From contig NC_068989.1 in the NCBI RefSeq assembly GCF_001194135.2, positions 18,533,314 to 18,597,215 of the forward strand: DNA of 63,902 bases. Reading direction: 5' to 3'. Both the position numbers and the translations under genes were made by a program. The notes under the pieces were generated by a model. It made no database searches. It was not told the origin of the DNA and worked only from the letters and a program-made list of their open reading frames with translations. Each line of letters opens with the position of its first letter. The first letter of the stretch is position 1. Shown here one piece after another: positions 51,735 to 63,293 of the stretch. The stretch is from Octopus bimaculoides. Lineage: Eukaryota.

Positions 51735-51782
51735 GTCTTACAGCTGTTTCTAGAATATTTATTATATCCCTTCATCGGAGAC
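51735..51782 (-). ncRNA. Inverted copy of the same hammerhead motif (sense to ASF1 pre-mRNA)
   Basis: Reverse complement GTCTCCGATGAAGGGATATAATAAATATTCTAGAAACAGCTGTAAGAC. Confidence 0.7.
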
Positions 51783-52036
51783 AGTGTGAGAGGATGGTTA
51801 ATCAATAGTTAGTTTAGATAAGATAGGAAATAGAGAGTGAATGTAGGGATATTGTATTTGTAAATCCATTGTTTAGGCAGAATGGTAATGGTATATAAGA
51901 TTCCAATACTTTGTGAGTAAAATCTTATATATATACCATTCTGCCTAAACAATGGATTTACAAATACAATATCCCTACATTCACTCTATTTCCTATCTTA
52001 TCTAAACTAACTATTGCTTAACCATCCTCTCACACC

Positions 52037-52084
52037 GTCTCCGATGAAGGGATATAATAAATATCCTAGAAACAGCTGTAAGAC
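52037..52084 (+). ncRNA. Minimal type I hammerhead ribozyme motif (Penelope-like pLTR type), variant
   Basis: GTCT-CCGATGA-AGGGATAT(aataa)ATATCCTA-GAAA-CAGCTG-TA-AGAC: helix I GUCU/AGAC, palindromic helix III, GUA triplet; U4C and an imperfect helix II base. Confidence 0.7.
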
Positions 52085-52506
52085 CTATTTATAAATGTTC
52101 TATAATGTACACAGCCCTGGTTTTTTATCTCATTACAAAATNNNNNNNNNNNNNNNNNNNNNNNNNNNNNNNNNNNNNNNNNNNNNNNNNNNNNNNNNNN
52201 NNNNNNNNNNATATATATATATATAAATGCCACCACCAAAGGACTTTGACATATGCAGAAAAAGGAAAAACACAATGTATGAAGAAAGGGGACAGAAAAA
52301 TGAGCTGTCGTACTGATGATGTCTACTGAAGAAGAAACATGTCCATAACTTAAGTGGTTAGCATTAAAAGGAACATCCAGCCATAGAAACCAAAGCAGAC
52401 TTTGAAACAGATACAGTCCTGACCTGTTGGATTCTGTCAAACCATTCAACACATGCCAGCATGGAAGATAGAGTTTTACTATATGTATACATAAAGCATC
52501 ATCACA

Positions 52507-52727
52507 ACTCATTAGCATTTAATCTGGCCATATATGCCCCAAATATTCGACCTGTTTTATGTTCAATCTGGCCAGATCCAGCCTCTTACATATATCATAC
52601 AATGTCATTCTAAAAATAAACAATCACATCATTGAAATCTCAAGACCAAAAGATATTGTATGATTAATTCAAAACAATATGGATAAATAAGTATCACATA
52701 TGACAGAGAAATCTGAATGCTAAAGGG
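52507..52727. mobile_element. Second piggyBac-type MITE family, decayed left end
   Basis: Right end TGAATGCTAAAGGG|TTAA; left end ACTCATTAGCATT is a degenerate match. Confidence 0.6.
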
Positions 52728-52978
52728 TTAATGACTAGCAGAAAGATAAAAAAAAAAAAAAAAAAAAAANNNNNNNNNNNNNNNNNNNNNNNNNNNNNNN
52801 NNNNNNNNNNNNNNNNNNNNNNNNNNNNNNNNNNNNNNNNNNNNNNNNNNNNNNNNNNNNNNNNNNNNNNNNNNNNNNNNNNNNNNNNNNNNNNNNNNNN
52901 NNNNNNNNNNNNNNNNNNNNNNNNNNNNNNNNNNNNNNNNNNNNNNNNNNNNNNNNNNNNNNNNNNNNNNNNNNNNNN

Positions 52979-53341
52979 ATGCTGGAGCACCGCCTCTAGT
53001 CGAGCAAATCAACCCCAGGACTTATTCTTTGTAAGCCTAGTACTTATTCTATCGGCCTCTTTTGCTGAACCGCTAAGTTACGGGGACATAAACACACCAG
53101 CATCGGTTGTCAAGCGATGTTGGGGGGGGGACGACAAACACAGACACACAAACATATACACCCACATACATATATATGACGGGCTTTTTTCAGTTTCCGT
53201 CTACCAAATCCACTCACAAGGCTTTGGTCGGCCCGAGGCTATAGTAGAAGACACTTGCCCAAAGTGCCACGCAGTGGGACTGAACCCGGAACCATGTGGT
53301 TCATAAGCAAGCTACTTACCACACAGCCACTCCTACGCCTA
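52979..53341 (-). mobile_element. SINE family B
   Basis: Reverse-complement copy, 3' part lost in a gap. Confidence 0.88.
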
Positions 53342-54717
53342 TATTGCTTATAATTCACATAAAACAAGTTTTTAAAATCAAACCTGATTGAGGACCTGAC
53401 CTATCATCAAAAGTATTAAAGGCATTACAATCACACCATTTTTTCCAAGACTGTATTGCCCAATTTGCCCTCATTTTTAAGATGGGACTGTTTGATATAA
53501 GCGAGATTTGGTTGCAGATGTTATACTGACCACAAGACATGTGTTCAAGCCTTAAAACAGATATTTTGTAAGTAGCACTAGATAAAATGCATTATATACT
53601 GTCAGCCACATTCATAAAAAAAAATCCATCCTCCAAATTCACAAGTATGTTTACATTATCATCATCATCAATTAACATCCGTTTTCCATGCTGGCATGGG
53701 TTAGATGGTTTGACTGGGAACTGGTAAGCTGGGGAGCTGCACCAGGCTCCAATCTGATTTGGCATGGTTTCTACAGCTGGATGCCCTTCCCAACGCCAAC
53801 CATTGCAAAAGTGTAGTGGGTGTTTTTTTTTATGTGCCAGTTACAGAACACCAGCATCAGCTACAATTACGATCTCACTTGGCTTGAAAGGTCTTCTCAA
53901 GCACAGTATATTGCCAAAGGTCTCGCTCGTTTGTCACTGCCTTTGTAAGGCTCAAAATTCAAAGGGTGCTTCTTACATACCAGTTATGCAACACAGGCAT
54001 TGGCCACCGACTTCAATTTCACTTGGCTTGGCACAATATCCTAAATTTTCTAATACTTGCCCAGTCAAGCCCGACACAAAAGATTCTTATGAAAAGAAAA
54101 AAAAAAGCAAGAGAGTCAAAGAGCAAGTTATTCTTTTATTTGTTTCCGTCATTTGATTGAGGCCATGCTGGAGCACTGCCTTGAAGTGTTTTTGTCAAAC
54201 AATCCAACCCCAGGGCTTATACTATTGGTCTTTTTGCCAAACCAATAAGTTACGGGGACATAAACACACCAACACTGGTTGCCAAGCAATGACGGAGGAA
54301 GAAACACAGACATAGTTATATACATATACGACAGGCTTCTTTCAGTTTTTGCCTACCAAATCCACAAACCTGAGGCTATATAGCAAGACATTCGCCCAAG
54401 GTGCCAAGCAGTGGGACTGAATCTAGAATCATGTGATTAGGAAGCTTCTTACCACACAGCCATGGCAATTAGTAAACCCTTTCTAAACTACAAGGATCCA
54501 CCAGATTAACGCTCAATTTTGGATTCTATAAGGTTAAGTAGATGGGACATAAACCACTGGATAAGTTGATTTAGAGAAACTGCTGTCAACATTTGATGCC
54601 AGGGAATCAGTTTTACAATGATACCTACACCATCTTGTAAAACCAGACTTGACTAACCTACAAATTCCAAATCCAACATTTGAGTATTGTTCATACTTGA
54701 GATGGTACCGTTACACA

Positions 54718-55100
54718 GCGGAGGCGCAATGGCCCAGTGGTTAGGGCAGCGGACTCGCAGTCATAGGATTGCGGTTTCGATTCCCAGACCGAATGTTGTG
54801 AGTGTTTATTGAGAGTTAAACACCTAAAGCTCCACGAGGCTCCAGCAGGGAATGGCGGCGAACCCTGCTGTACTCTTTCACCACAGCTTTCTCTTACTCT
54901 TTCTTCATGTTTCTGTTGTATCTGTATTTCAAAGGGCCAGCCTTGTCACACTGTGTCACGCTGAATATCCCCGAGAACTACATTAAGGGTACACGTGTCT
55001 GTGGAGTACTCAGCCACTTGCACATTAATTTCACGAGCAGGCTGTTCCGTTGATTGGATTAACTGGAACCCTCAACGTCGTAAGCGACAGAGTGCCAACA
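54718..55100 (+). mobile_element. SINE family A in ASF1 intron 2
   Basis: Full copy; TSD ACCGTTACACA at 54707-54717 and 55101-55111. Confidence 0.92.
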
Positions 55101-55913
55101 ACCGTTACACAAAAGCACACAAGACCACACTCAAAAGACAAGGATTCACTCAATAACACACTGCATCTTTTCACTTCCCATCGTTAACTGCAGCAACTCA
55201 ATACTCTCCTCATTGAAGTTGTTAATCTCTTCTGTGAAAACTAACACTGCAAATTTAGCACAAAGAGCTTACAACTAAATCTTAAAATATTGTAAAGTGT
55301 TTGGCATTTGGAAGGGCATCCAGCTGTAAAAATCATGCCAAAACGGAACTCACCTGTGCTAATGCCATGTAAAAAGCACTGAGTCCACTCTGCAGAGTGG
55401 TTGGTATTAGAAAGGCCAGCTGTAAAAACTCTGCCAAAACGGACAAAGTAGCCTGGAGTAGTCTTCTACCTGACTAACTCCTGTCAACCATCCTACCCAT
55501 GCATGCATGCGTTGAAGGACGTTAAATGATGATGACATCAGACAAAGGACACACTAGACAATACCCTATGCCTGCAATTAAGATGAGGTGGTCATGATTG
55601 GAATGCCTTTCACTAGAGGTCTGCTTGATCAGTAGTGACTATGAGCTAAACACCAGCTAGACATACTAAGTTCATGTTCTAATTGCAGGCATGGCTGTGT
55701 GGTAAGAAGGTAGTTTCCCAACCACATAGGTCTGGGTTCAATCCCACTGTGTGACACCTCAGGCAAGTATTTTCTACCTTGGCCCTGGGCTGACTAAAGC
55801 TTTGACAGTAGATTGAGTAGGCAGAAACAAATAAGCCAGTCATTCATCATTCAACATTAAATGATGATAATGAATGACAGATTTCTTTCAGTTTCTGAGA
55901 GGCCCATCATTCA

Positions 55914-55995
<82 letters not shown>

Positions 55996-56429
55996 CACAC
56001 ACTGGCACCACATGAAAAGCACTCAGCAAATAAAGTGGTTGGCATTAGGAAGGGTATCCAGCTGTAGAAACCAAACCAAATCAAACGGGAACCTGGCACA
56101 GCTTTCCTGCTCACCAGCTCTGGTCAAACAAGTCAACCTATGCCATCATGGAAAACAGACATTAAAGGATGATGATTGTGTGTGTATATGTGTTACTGTC
56201 TTTACCTTCACATCACATAATAATTGTAAACAAACATCACCATCATGCAAGGTGTGTCTGTCATACCCAATCTTCTATAAAAACGTTCAGTTATGGGCAA
56301 GTATTAACTTACTTAGAAACAGATGAAGATTGATGACAGGAAGGACATCAGGTTGTAGAAAATCTAACATAGAATTCTGTCCAATTCATGCAAGCATGGA
56401 AAAGTGGATATTGAAATGATGCTGTTATA

Positions 56430-56475
<46 letters not shown>

Positions 56476-57769
56476 TACACAGGAATACCTCAATTTAAAA
56501 CAAATTGGCTCTAAATGTCTAAACAAGTAAAAAGTTGAGAGGTGAATTTTCATAAAAATGATGTTATAAACAATCATGTTCTTAACTGCAACTATAGCTT
56601 TGGCCATTCCAAAAATGCTAAATGTTGTTAGATCATAAATTTTCCAGTTATTTTGTCATTTAGTATGATTATGTGATCAATGCTTTTTTTATGGCCCACT
56701 TTTTCCATGCTTGCATATCTACTGTTGAAACATCAGTGTTACTAATCTTTCATTTTATAATTAAATTGTTGATAATTTAAATGTTTCGTTAAAAACTAGA
56801 TAAAATGGATATCATGAGTGTATACATACACACACACAAGATATCTGTTCCTGTCACTTTATCTTAGTTTCTTATCCCTCAATTTTGTACCCTGCCCAAT
56901 TGAGGGGTTTTGTCTTGCAGATACTTGCAATGCTACTGTTAGTTGCTGTAATTCATCACAGATTATTAACATTCACACAGATACACACAAAACACATTTT
57001 AACATCCACTTTTCCATGCATGCATGAGGCAGATTGCACTAACTTGTCACCAATCCTCACCTGTCTCCAATCAATGTAACATTTCTTCATAGTTGGATAG
57101 GTTGCAATAAATTACAAACAAACAGTGCCACTCATTTACAATCTTCACGCAATATCAAGGAATGGAAACACAAACACACACAGAGTGAGAGAGACAATAG
57201 GCGTCATTCAGTTTCCATTTACCAAATCGCCTCACAAGGACTTGATCAGTCCAGAACTAATAATAGATGCCCAAGATGTCACACAGTGAAACTGAACTTA
57301 AAGGCATCATTTAACGTCTGCTTTCTATGTTGGTATGGGTTAGACGGTTTGACTAAGCTGCAGAGTTGCACCAAGTTCCAGTTTGATTTGGCATGGTTTT
57401 TACAGCTGGATGTGCTTCCTAACACCAACCACTCCAGCAGTGTAATGGGTGCTTTTTATGTGCCACCAACAGAGGTACCACTTACGTGACACCGGCACTG
57501 GCCACGAATGCAATTCCACTTGGCTCGACAAGTCTTCTTCAGCACAACATATTCATTTCTACTCTAGGCACAAGGCCCGAAATCTTTGGGGAGTGGGCCA
57601 GTCAACTAGATTGTCTCCAGTATGCAACTGGTACTTAATTTATCAACCCCAAAAGAATGAAAAGCAAAGTCGACCTCGGCAGAATTTGAACTCAGAAGGT
57701 AAATACAGACGAAATACTAAGCGTTTTGCCCAGCATACTAATGTTTCTGCCAGATCAACGCCTTCTTCA

Positions 57770-58195
57770 GAACATATTGCCAAAGGTTTCAGTCACTTGT
57801 CATCACCTCAGTCAGGCCCAATGTTCAAAGATCAGGCTTCACCACTTCGCCCCATGTCTTCCTGAGTCTACATCTACAACAGGTTCTTTCTACAGTTTGA
57901 GATCGGCTCTGCTTTACACAGCTGTCCTTGTCCATATGCATCACATGACCATACCAGCACAGTTGTCTCTCTTGCCCACCACATCTGATGCCTCTTATGC
58001 CCAGCTTTTCTCTTAAGATACTTACACTCTGTTGAACATGCACACTGTGATTGCACATCCAGCAAAGCATACTGGCTTCATTTCTTTCAAGCCTATGCAT
58101 GTCCTCAGCAGTCACAGCCCATGTTTCACTGCTGTGTAGCATGCTTGTTCATACACAGGCATCATACAGTCTACCTTTCATTCTGGAAACAAACT
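57770..58195 (-). mobile_element. RTE LINE ORF2 C-terminal fragment, same family as 46141-48491
   Basis: MLHSSETWAVTAEDMHRLERNEASMLCWMCN...WYGHVMHM...RLRKTWGEVVK. Confidence 0.9.
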
Positions 58196-58553
58196 TAACT
58201 TCACTGCCATACCTGCACCCTATGTATGTTTATTCTTGCATATGTATGTTACCTTTGATATGAATATAAAATGTGCATGTATGTGGGAGAGAGAGAGAGA
58301 GAGAGGGAGGGAGAGTGGGTGCATATATCTGTGTTTCCTTGTCTTGACATCGCATGATAGTTGTAAATGATTGTCACTGTTATACAAGCAGTGCCGTTCA
58401 TTTCTAATATTCTGTAAAAACATGTCTGCTCAAAGGGAAATATTACCTTGCTTGAAAATAGGTGAAGATTAGCAATAGGAAGGATATCTGGCCAAAGAGT
58501 ATCTGCCTCAATAAACTCTGTACAACCCATGCAAGCATGGAAAAATGAACATA

Positions 58554-59104
58554 GGCGCAGGAGTGGCTGTGTGGTAAGTAACTTGCTTACCAACCACATG
58601 GTTCCGGGTTCAGTCCTACTGCGTGGCACCTTGGGAAAGTGTCTTCTGCTATAGCCTCAGGCCGACCAAAGCCTTGTGAGTGGATTTGATAGACAGAAAC
58701 TGAAAGAAGCTTGTCGTNNNNNNNNNNNNNNNNNNNNNNNNNNNNNNNNNNNNNNNNNNNNNNNNNNNNNNNNNNNNNNNNNNNNNNNNNNNNNNNNNNN
58801 NNNNNNNNNNNNNNNNNNNNNNNNNNNNNNNNNNNNNNNNNNNNNNNNNNNNNNNNNNNNNNNNNNNNNNNNNNNNNNNNNTATATATATATATATATAT
58901 ATGTTTGTGTGTGTGTTTGTCCCCCCCAACATCACTTGACAACCGATGCTGGTGTGTTTACGTCCCCGTAACTCAGCAGTTCGGCAAAAGAGTCCGATAG
59001 AATAAGTACTAGGCTTACAAAGAATAAGTCCTGGCGTCGATTTTCTCGACTAAAGGCGGTGCTCCAGCATGGCCGCAGTCAAATGACTGAAACAAGTAAA
59101 AGAG
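58554..59104 (+). mobile_element. SINE family B
   Basis: Full copy; gap over the central microsatellite. Confidence 0.9.
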
Positions 59105-60110
59105 TATATGATGATGATGACGACATATGCACTCAAGCACAAATGTGTTTGCATCTCTTTGTCTTGATATTGTATGATAGTTGTAAATGAGTGTCACCAT
59201 TGTTGCAAGCTTTCACGAAAACATGTCTGGCTATGAGATAAAAAAAATACATTGCTTGACAACAGATGAGGGTTAGTAACAAGTAAGAAGGACATGAATC
59301 CATAGAAAATCATCTCCAACAAATTCCATCTGACCCAAATGGGCTTCTTTCAGTTTCTATCAACTAAATCTACTCACAAGGCTCAGATCAGCTAACAGCA
59401 GCCAGGGGAGACATTAGCCCAAAATACCACACAGTTGGGAAGCAAACTTCTTAATTACAAACTCATGCTTGCATTTAAGGGGAATTATAACACACACACA
59501 CAACAGAACTATGACATAGGTATGGCTGTATTTGCATCACTATTTGGTTTTGGGTTCAATCCCAGTAACAAGAATTGGTAAATACTAAGAAATCCATCAT
59601 GTGTTTGTGTGTATCTGTGCCTTCATTGTTTCAATATTTGAGCAATACGTTAAAACAAAGTTACCATCTATGCCAATGTCTGTGAACCTTCTGCCATAAA
59701 AAATAGGTCTGGCCACTCAACTGTTTAAAGGTCAAGTTAAAATAATGCCTAACATGGAAACAAAGTGAGGAAGAGCATCCAGTCATAAAAAAATGCCTTT
59801 CCTGTCACTAACCCTCACTTGTTTTTCAAGCAAGATGAATATTTCACCATAGTCAGACACGAGTTCGCTGAAGTTTTGGAAATGAACAAACCTGCTAGTG
59901 GGATAGTGACGTTTATTTAAAACTACTACACGATGTCAAGACAAAGAAACAAATACACACAGAGTTTCCATTTACTAAATTCACTCACACGGTTTTTGTC
60001 AGCCTAGAGATATAGCAGAAAAACTTGCGCAAGGTACCATGCAGTGGAACTGAGCCTGAAACTATGTGGTTGGAAAGCTAACTTTTTAACCACACATCTA
60101 CATTTGCTCA

Positions 60111-60145
<35 letters not shown>

Positions 60146-60377
60146 TAATGTATATATATATATATATATTAACTGATGTATATATTAATATTATCTCGGT
60201 TGAAAAACTTCAATAATGCAAATATGTTAATAGTTACGAGGTTAGCAAAAATCATACAAAAACTGGGATATTATACCCAGTTAATGGGTAGAACTTCCAT
60301 GTTAAAGTCATGTATTTTGAGTAGATATAAAGAATAATAATCAATGGAGCAAAACGCATATAATCAAAAAGTTCCTT

Positions 60378-60467
60378 TAATTCCTACATATGTTTCAAAA
60401 ATGTGCACTCTACTCCAAAGAAGTAAGAGGTGCTGGAATATGCACATAAATTCATCGTCAGGGAACC
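60378..60467 (-). ncRNA. Type I hammerhead ribozyme motif with long helix II
   Basis: Minus strand GGTTCC-CTGACGA-T-GAATTTATGTGCATATTCCA...TGGAGTAGAGTGCACATTTTT-GAAA-CATATG-TA-GGAATT: intact core, palindromic helix III, helix I UUCC/GGAA. Confidence 0.7.
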
Positions 60468-61851
60468 ATATATATATATATATATATATATCTTACAAAT
60501 TTGTTTATGGGAAACGTTTTGATTACGCAAATAAAGCCCCTACTCCATTAATCTGGCCACAGCCTAATGATGGGGACTAGTGAGCCAGTTTTTCGGGGTT
60601 GCATCAAGTTGTACCGATATAATGTAGGATAAATATAATAAATCACATGATTCTTAAGATCAGCCTGTATTCCCAAGATGATTACAGTGTAGTCCATAGT
60701 ATCTGTTGGCATCAGTTTGAGCATCATCGATTCATTTCTTTAGGCGATATAGCATTAGTGGATGTACAACAGAGGAATGTTTGTAGTGATGCATTAAATA
60801 TTTATAAATTCCAGCCAAGGATTAATGTTATTATTATTATTATACAAGGTGGTGAGCTGGCAGGAACGTTAGCACGCTGGGCAAAATACCTAACAGTATT
60901 TCATCTGCCACTACGTTCTGAGTTCAAATTCTACTGAGGTCAACTTTGCCTTTCATCTTTTGGGATTGATAAATTAAGTACCAGTAAAACGCTGGGATTC
61001 ATGTAACCGATTATCTCCCTCCCACAAATTTCAGGCCTCGTGCCTACAGTAGAAAGGGTTATTATTATAATATATATATATAAATTATATATATATATAC
61101 AAGTTAATTTGATCCCAGCGAAAACTCTTAAAGCAGGGCAATAATTTCCCCATAGTAGCAATGTTATACATTATAATTCATTCCCAAAAAAATATTTTAC
61201 TTATAAAATTTATAATACTCGTTAATAAATGGCAATGAAACACCAGTAGAGTGTAAAGAATATTTTATGTAAAGTAAAAAGAAAGTCGAGATTATTTATG
61301 ATAAAAAATATTATCATTATTATAATCGTTTCTGAATCCATTTCACTTGCACTAGACTTGCGCACACCATCACTTGTAGACGTGATTGCAAATTCAAAAG
61401 CATTCATAGATTTCTTCTTTTTAAAAAAAAGTCTAGTGTTGATTGCTAAGAAGCTTTGTTTTGCTCTCTACAAATTTCTCAGAAACATAGATCATGGTAG
61501 GAAAAACTTTTGCACTTCATTCAAAATTTGGATCTTGTGCTTCAAAAAACTCCTAAACCCAGGGTCTCATAAAGCAGGTCCTTGTAAAGTGAGATATTAT
61601 TGTATATAGCACAAGGATAAAGCAAGAAAAAATATGCACATGCACATTGCCTGATACTGCATATCACATGCATCATTGAGATGTCTTCAAGACAACAATG
61701 AATGAGTCACATCCTGGCAAGTTAAGATCTACCCTAACCAAAACCAAGCTACAAACATTTCTCCACCAAAGAAAGAAATACTTAGAAACAAGGAGGAACC
61801 AATAACACTTGGACATTACACTGAATTAACTATTTGAATATATGACATTAA

Positions 61852-62073
61852 CCCTTTCGTTACCGTATTTATTTTGAGATACTCTGTGTTTCTTTTAATT
61901 ACTTTGAAATGCAACAAAGAATTTAGTAAAATAACTTAGTTATCATAAAGCTAGTGTTAGGAACATAAATTGTGACTATGGTTTGGTGGAAGATATTAAT
62001 TCAAAACCTATGAAAACAAGACATTTGTACTACGTAGCCAGAGGCGGTTTCAGTCAGGTTGGTATCGAAAGGG
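61852..62073. mobile_element. piggyBac-type MITE, 222 bp
   Basis: TTAA|CCCTTTCG...CGAAAGGG|TTAA. Confidence 0.9.
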
Positions 62074-62636
62074 TTAAAAAAATCACACTCAACATCAGGT
62101 TACATCAGATGTATTTTGGAGACTATACCACAACAGAAAATGAAGACCACTCAACTACACAGATATTATTAGCAGAGGGACATCAAATTGAGAGTCTACC
62201 AAAGCTAATGGTAGACACATTCCTAGCATAACATAACGAAATGCACCTCAGCTTGTAGAAGACTTGCCTGTATATGTGTGAAACAAGAGAAGCATGTCAA
62301 ATATATAAGGAGTATTGCAATTCAAGTCACTTTGAAGATTTCAGCAGCTCGTCTGAAAAGAAATCTTAGTCTTTGAGATGCAGCGTTTGGTTATGTTTTA
62401 GCTATGAGACTTCCTGACCCTCAGGAGGAAGCTTGTAAGTGGTACATTTTCATCACACATCTCACCATGTCCTACAAATACACAGACACCTAATGGCTAG
62501 ATTTAGGTACAGGATCACAATCCCTATTGATTTTCCCCAGTACAAGCATATTAGGGATAATATAATAATGCTAACAGCATACAACAGATGTGAGCAAACT
62601 ACATACAACAGAATACAGAGAAAAAATAAGTCTTAC

Positions 62637-62752
62637 TTGAAACACAAACATGTGTCGTCCACCAGGAACAGGTCCAACAAGAACTGAATCGAGCACTTGG
62701 TCATAGTCCATGCTTTCTGCAGAGCCAACATAGATGATTTTCCACTCAAGAT
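62637..62752 (-). CDS. ASF1: Histone chaperone ASF1, exon 2
   Basis: Acceptor TTTCCTAG, 116 nt (D)[38 protein letters not shown], donor GTAAGA; near-identical to the ASF1 core. Confidence 0.97.
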
Positions 62753-63059
62753 CTAGGAAACATAACAAAATAACAGATGAAAAACTAATATAAATTAGTG
62801 ATTAATTATTGACCCTGAAAGGATAAAAAATGGAGTTGACCACAAAAGGGTTAACTATATATCACAAAGTACAATGTGTTTCTGATTTAGATACAAAGTC
62901 AGTAATTTTGAAGCAAGTAGAGTGTCAAAATATCAACTCAAGTATTTTACTGTTTCTTATCAACTCCACAAAGATGCAAGGATAAGTTGACTTCAATGGA
63001 CTGTAACTAACTAAACACCGCAAAGCAAAATATCATTGCAAGAGTGGCTGTGTGGTAAG

Positions 63060-63290
63060 AAGCTGGCAGAAATGTTAGTGCGCCGGGCGAAATGCTTCGC
63101 GGTATTTCATCTGTCTTTACGTTCTGAGTTCAAATTCCGCCGAGGTCGACTTTGCCTTTCATCCTTTCGGGGTCGATAAATTAAGTACCAGTTACAGACT
63201 GCGGTCAGTATAATTGACTTAATCTGTTTGTCTGTCCTTGTTTGTCCCCTCTATGTTTAGCCCCTTGTGGGCAATAAAGAAATAAGAAGC
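63060..63290 (+). mobile_element. tRNA-derived SINE family C
   Basis: CTGGCAGAA..TTAG..., B box GAGTTCAAATTCC, central GACTTTGCCTTTCATCCTTTCGGGGTCGATAAA, tail GCCCCTTGTGGGCAATAAAGAAATAAG. Confidence 0.88.
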
Positions 63291-63293
63291 TTG

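Larger units (their letters stand above)
51681..52135. mobile_element. Penelope-like inverted pLTR pair (long palindrome)
   Basis: Arms 51681-51902 and 51921-52135, roughly 95% identical by eye, 18-nt loop, one hammerhead motif per arm. Confidence 0.75.

Noticed and set aside
52313-52345. CTGATGA-T-GTC...GAA-GAAA-CATG-TC hammerhead-like string
   Set aside because: Helix II closing pair is broken and no helix I pairing can be drawn; may be a relic but is not supportable.
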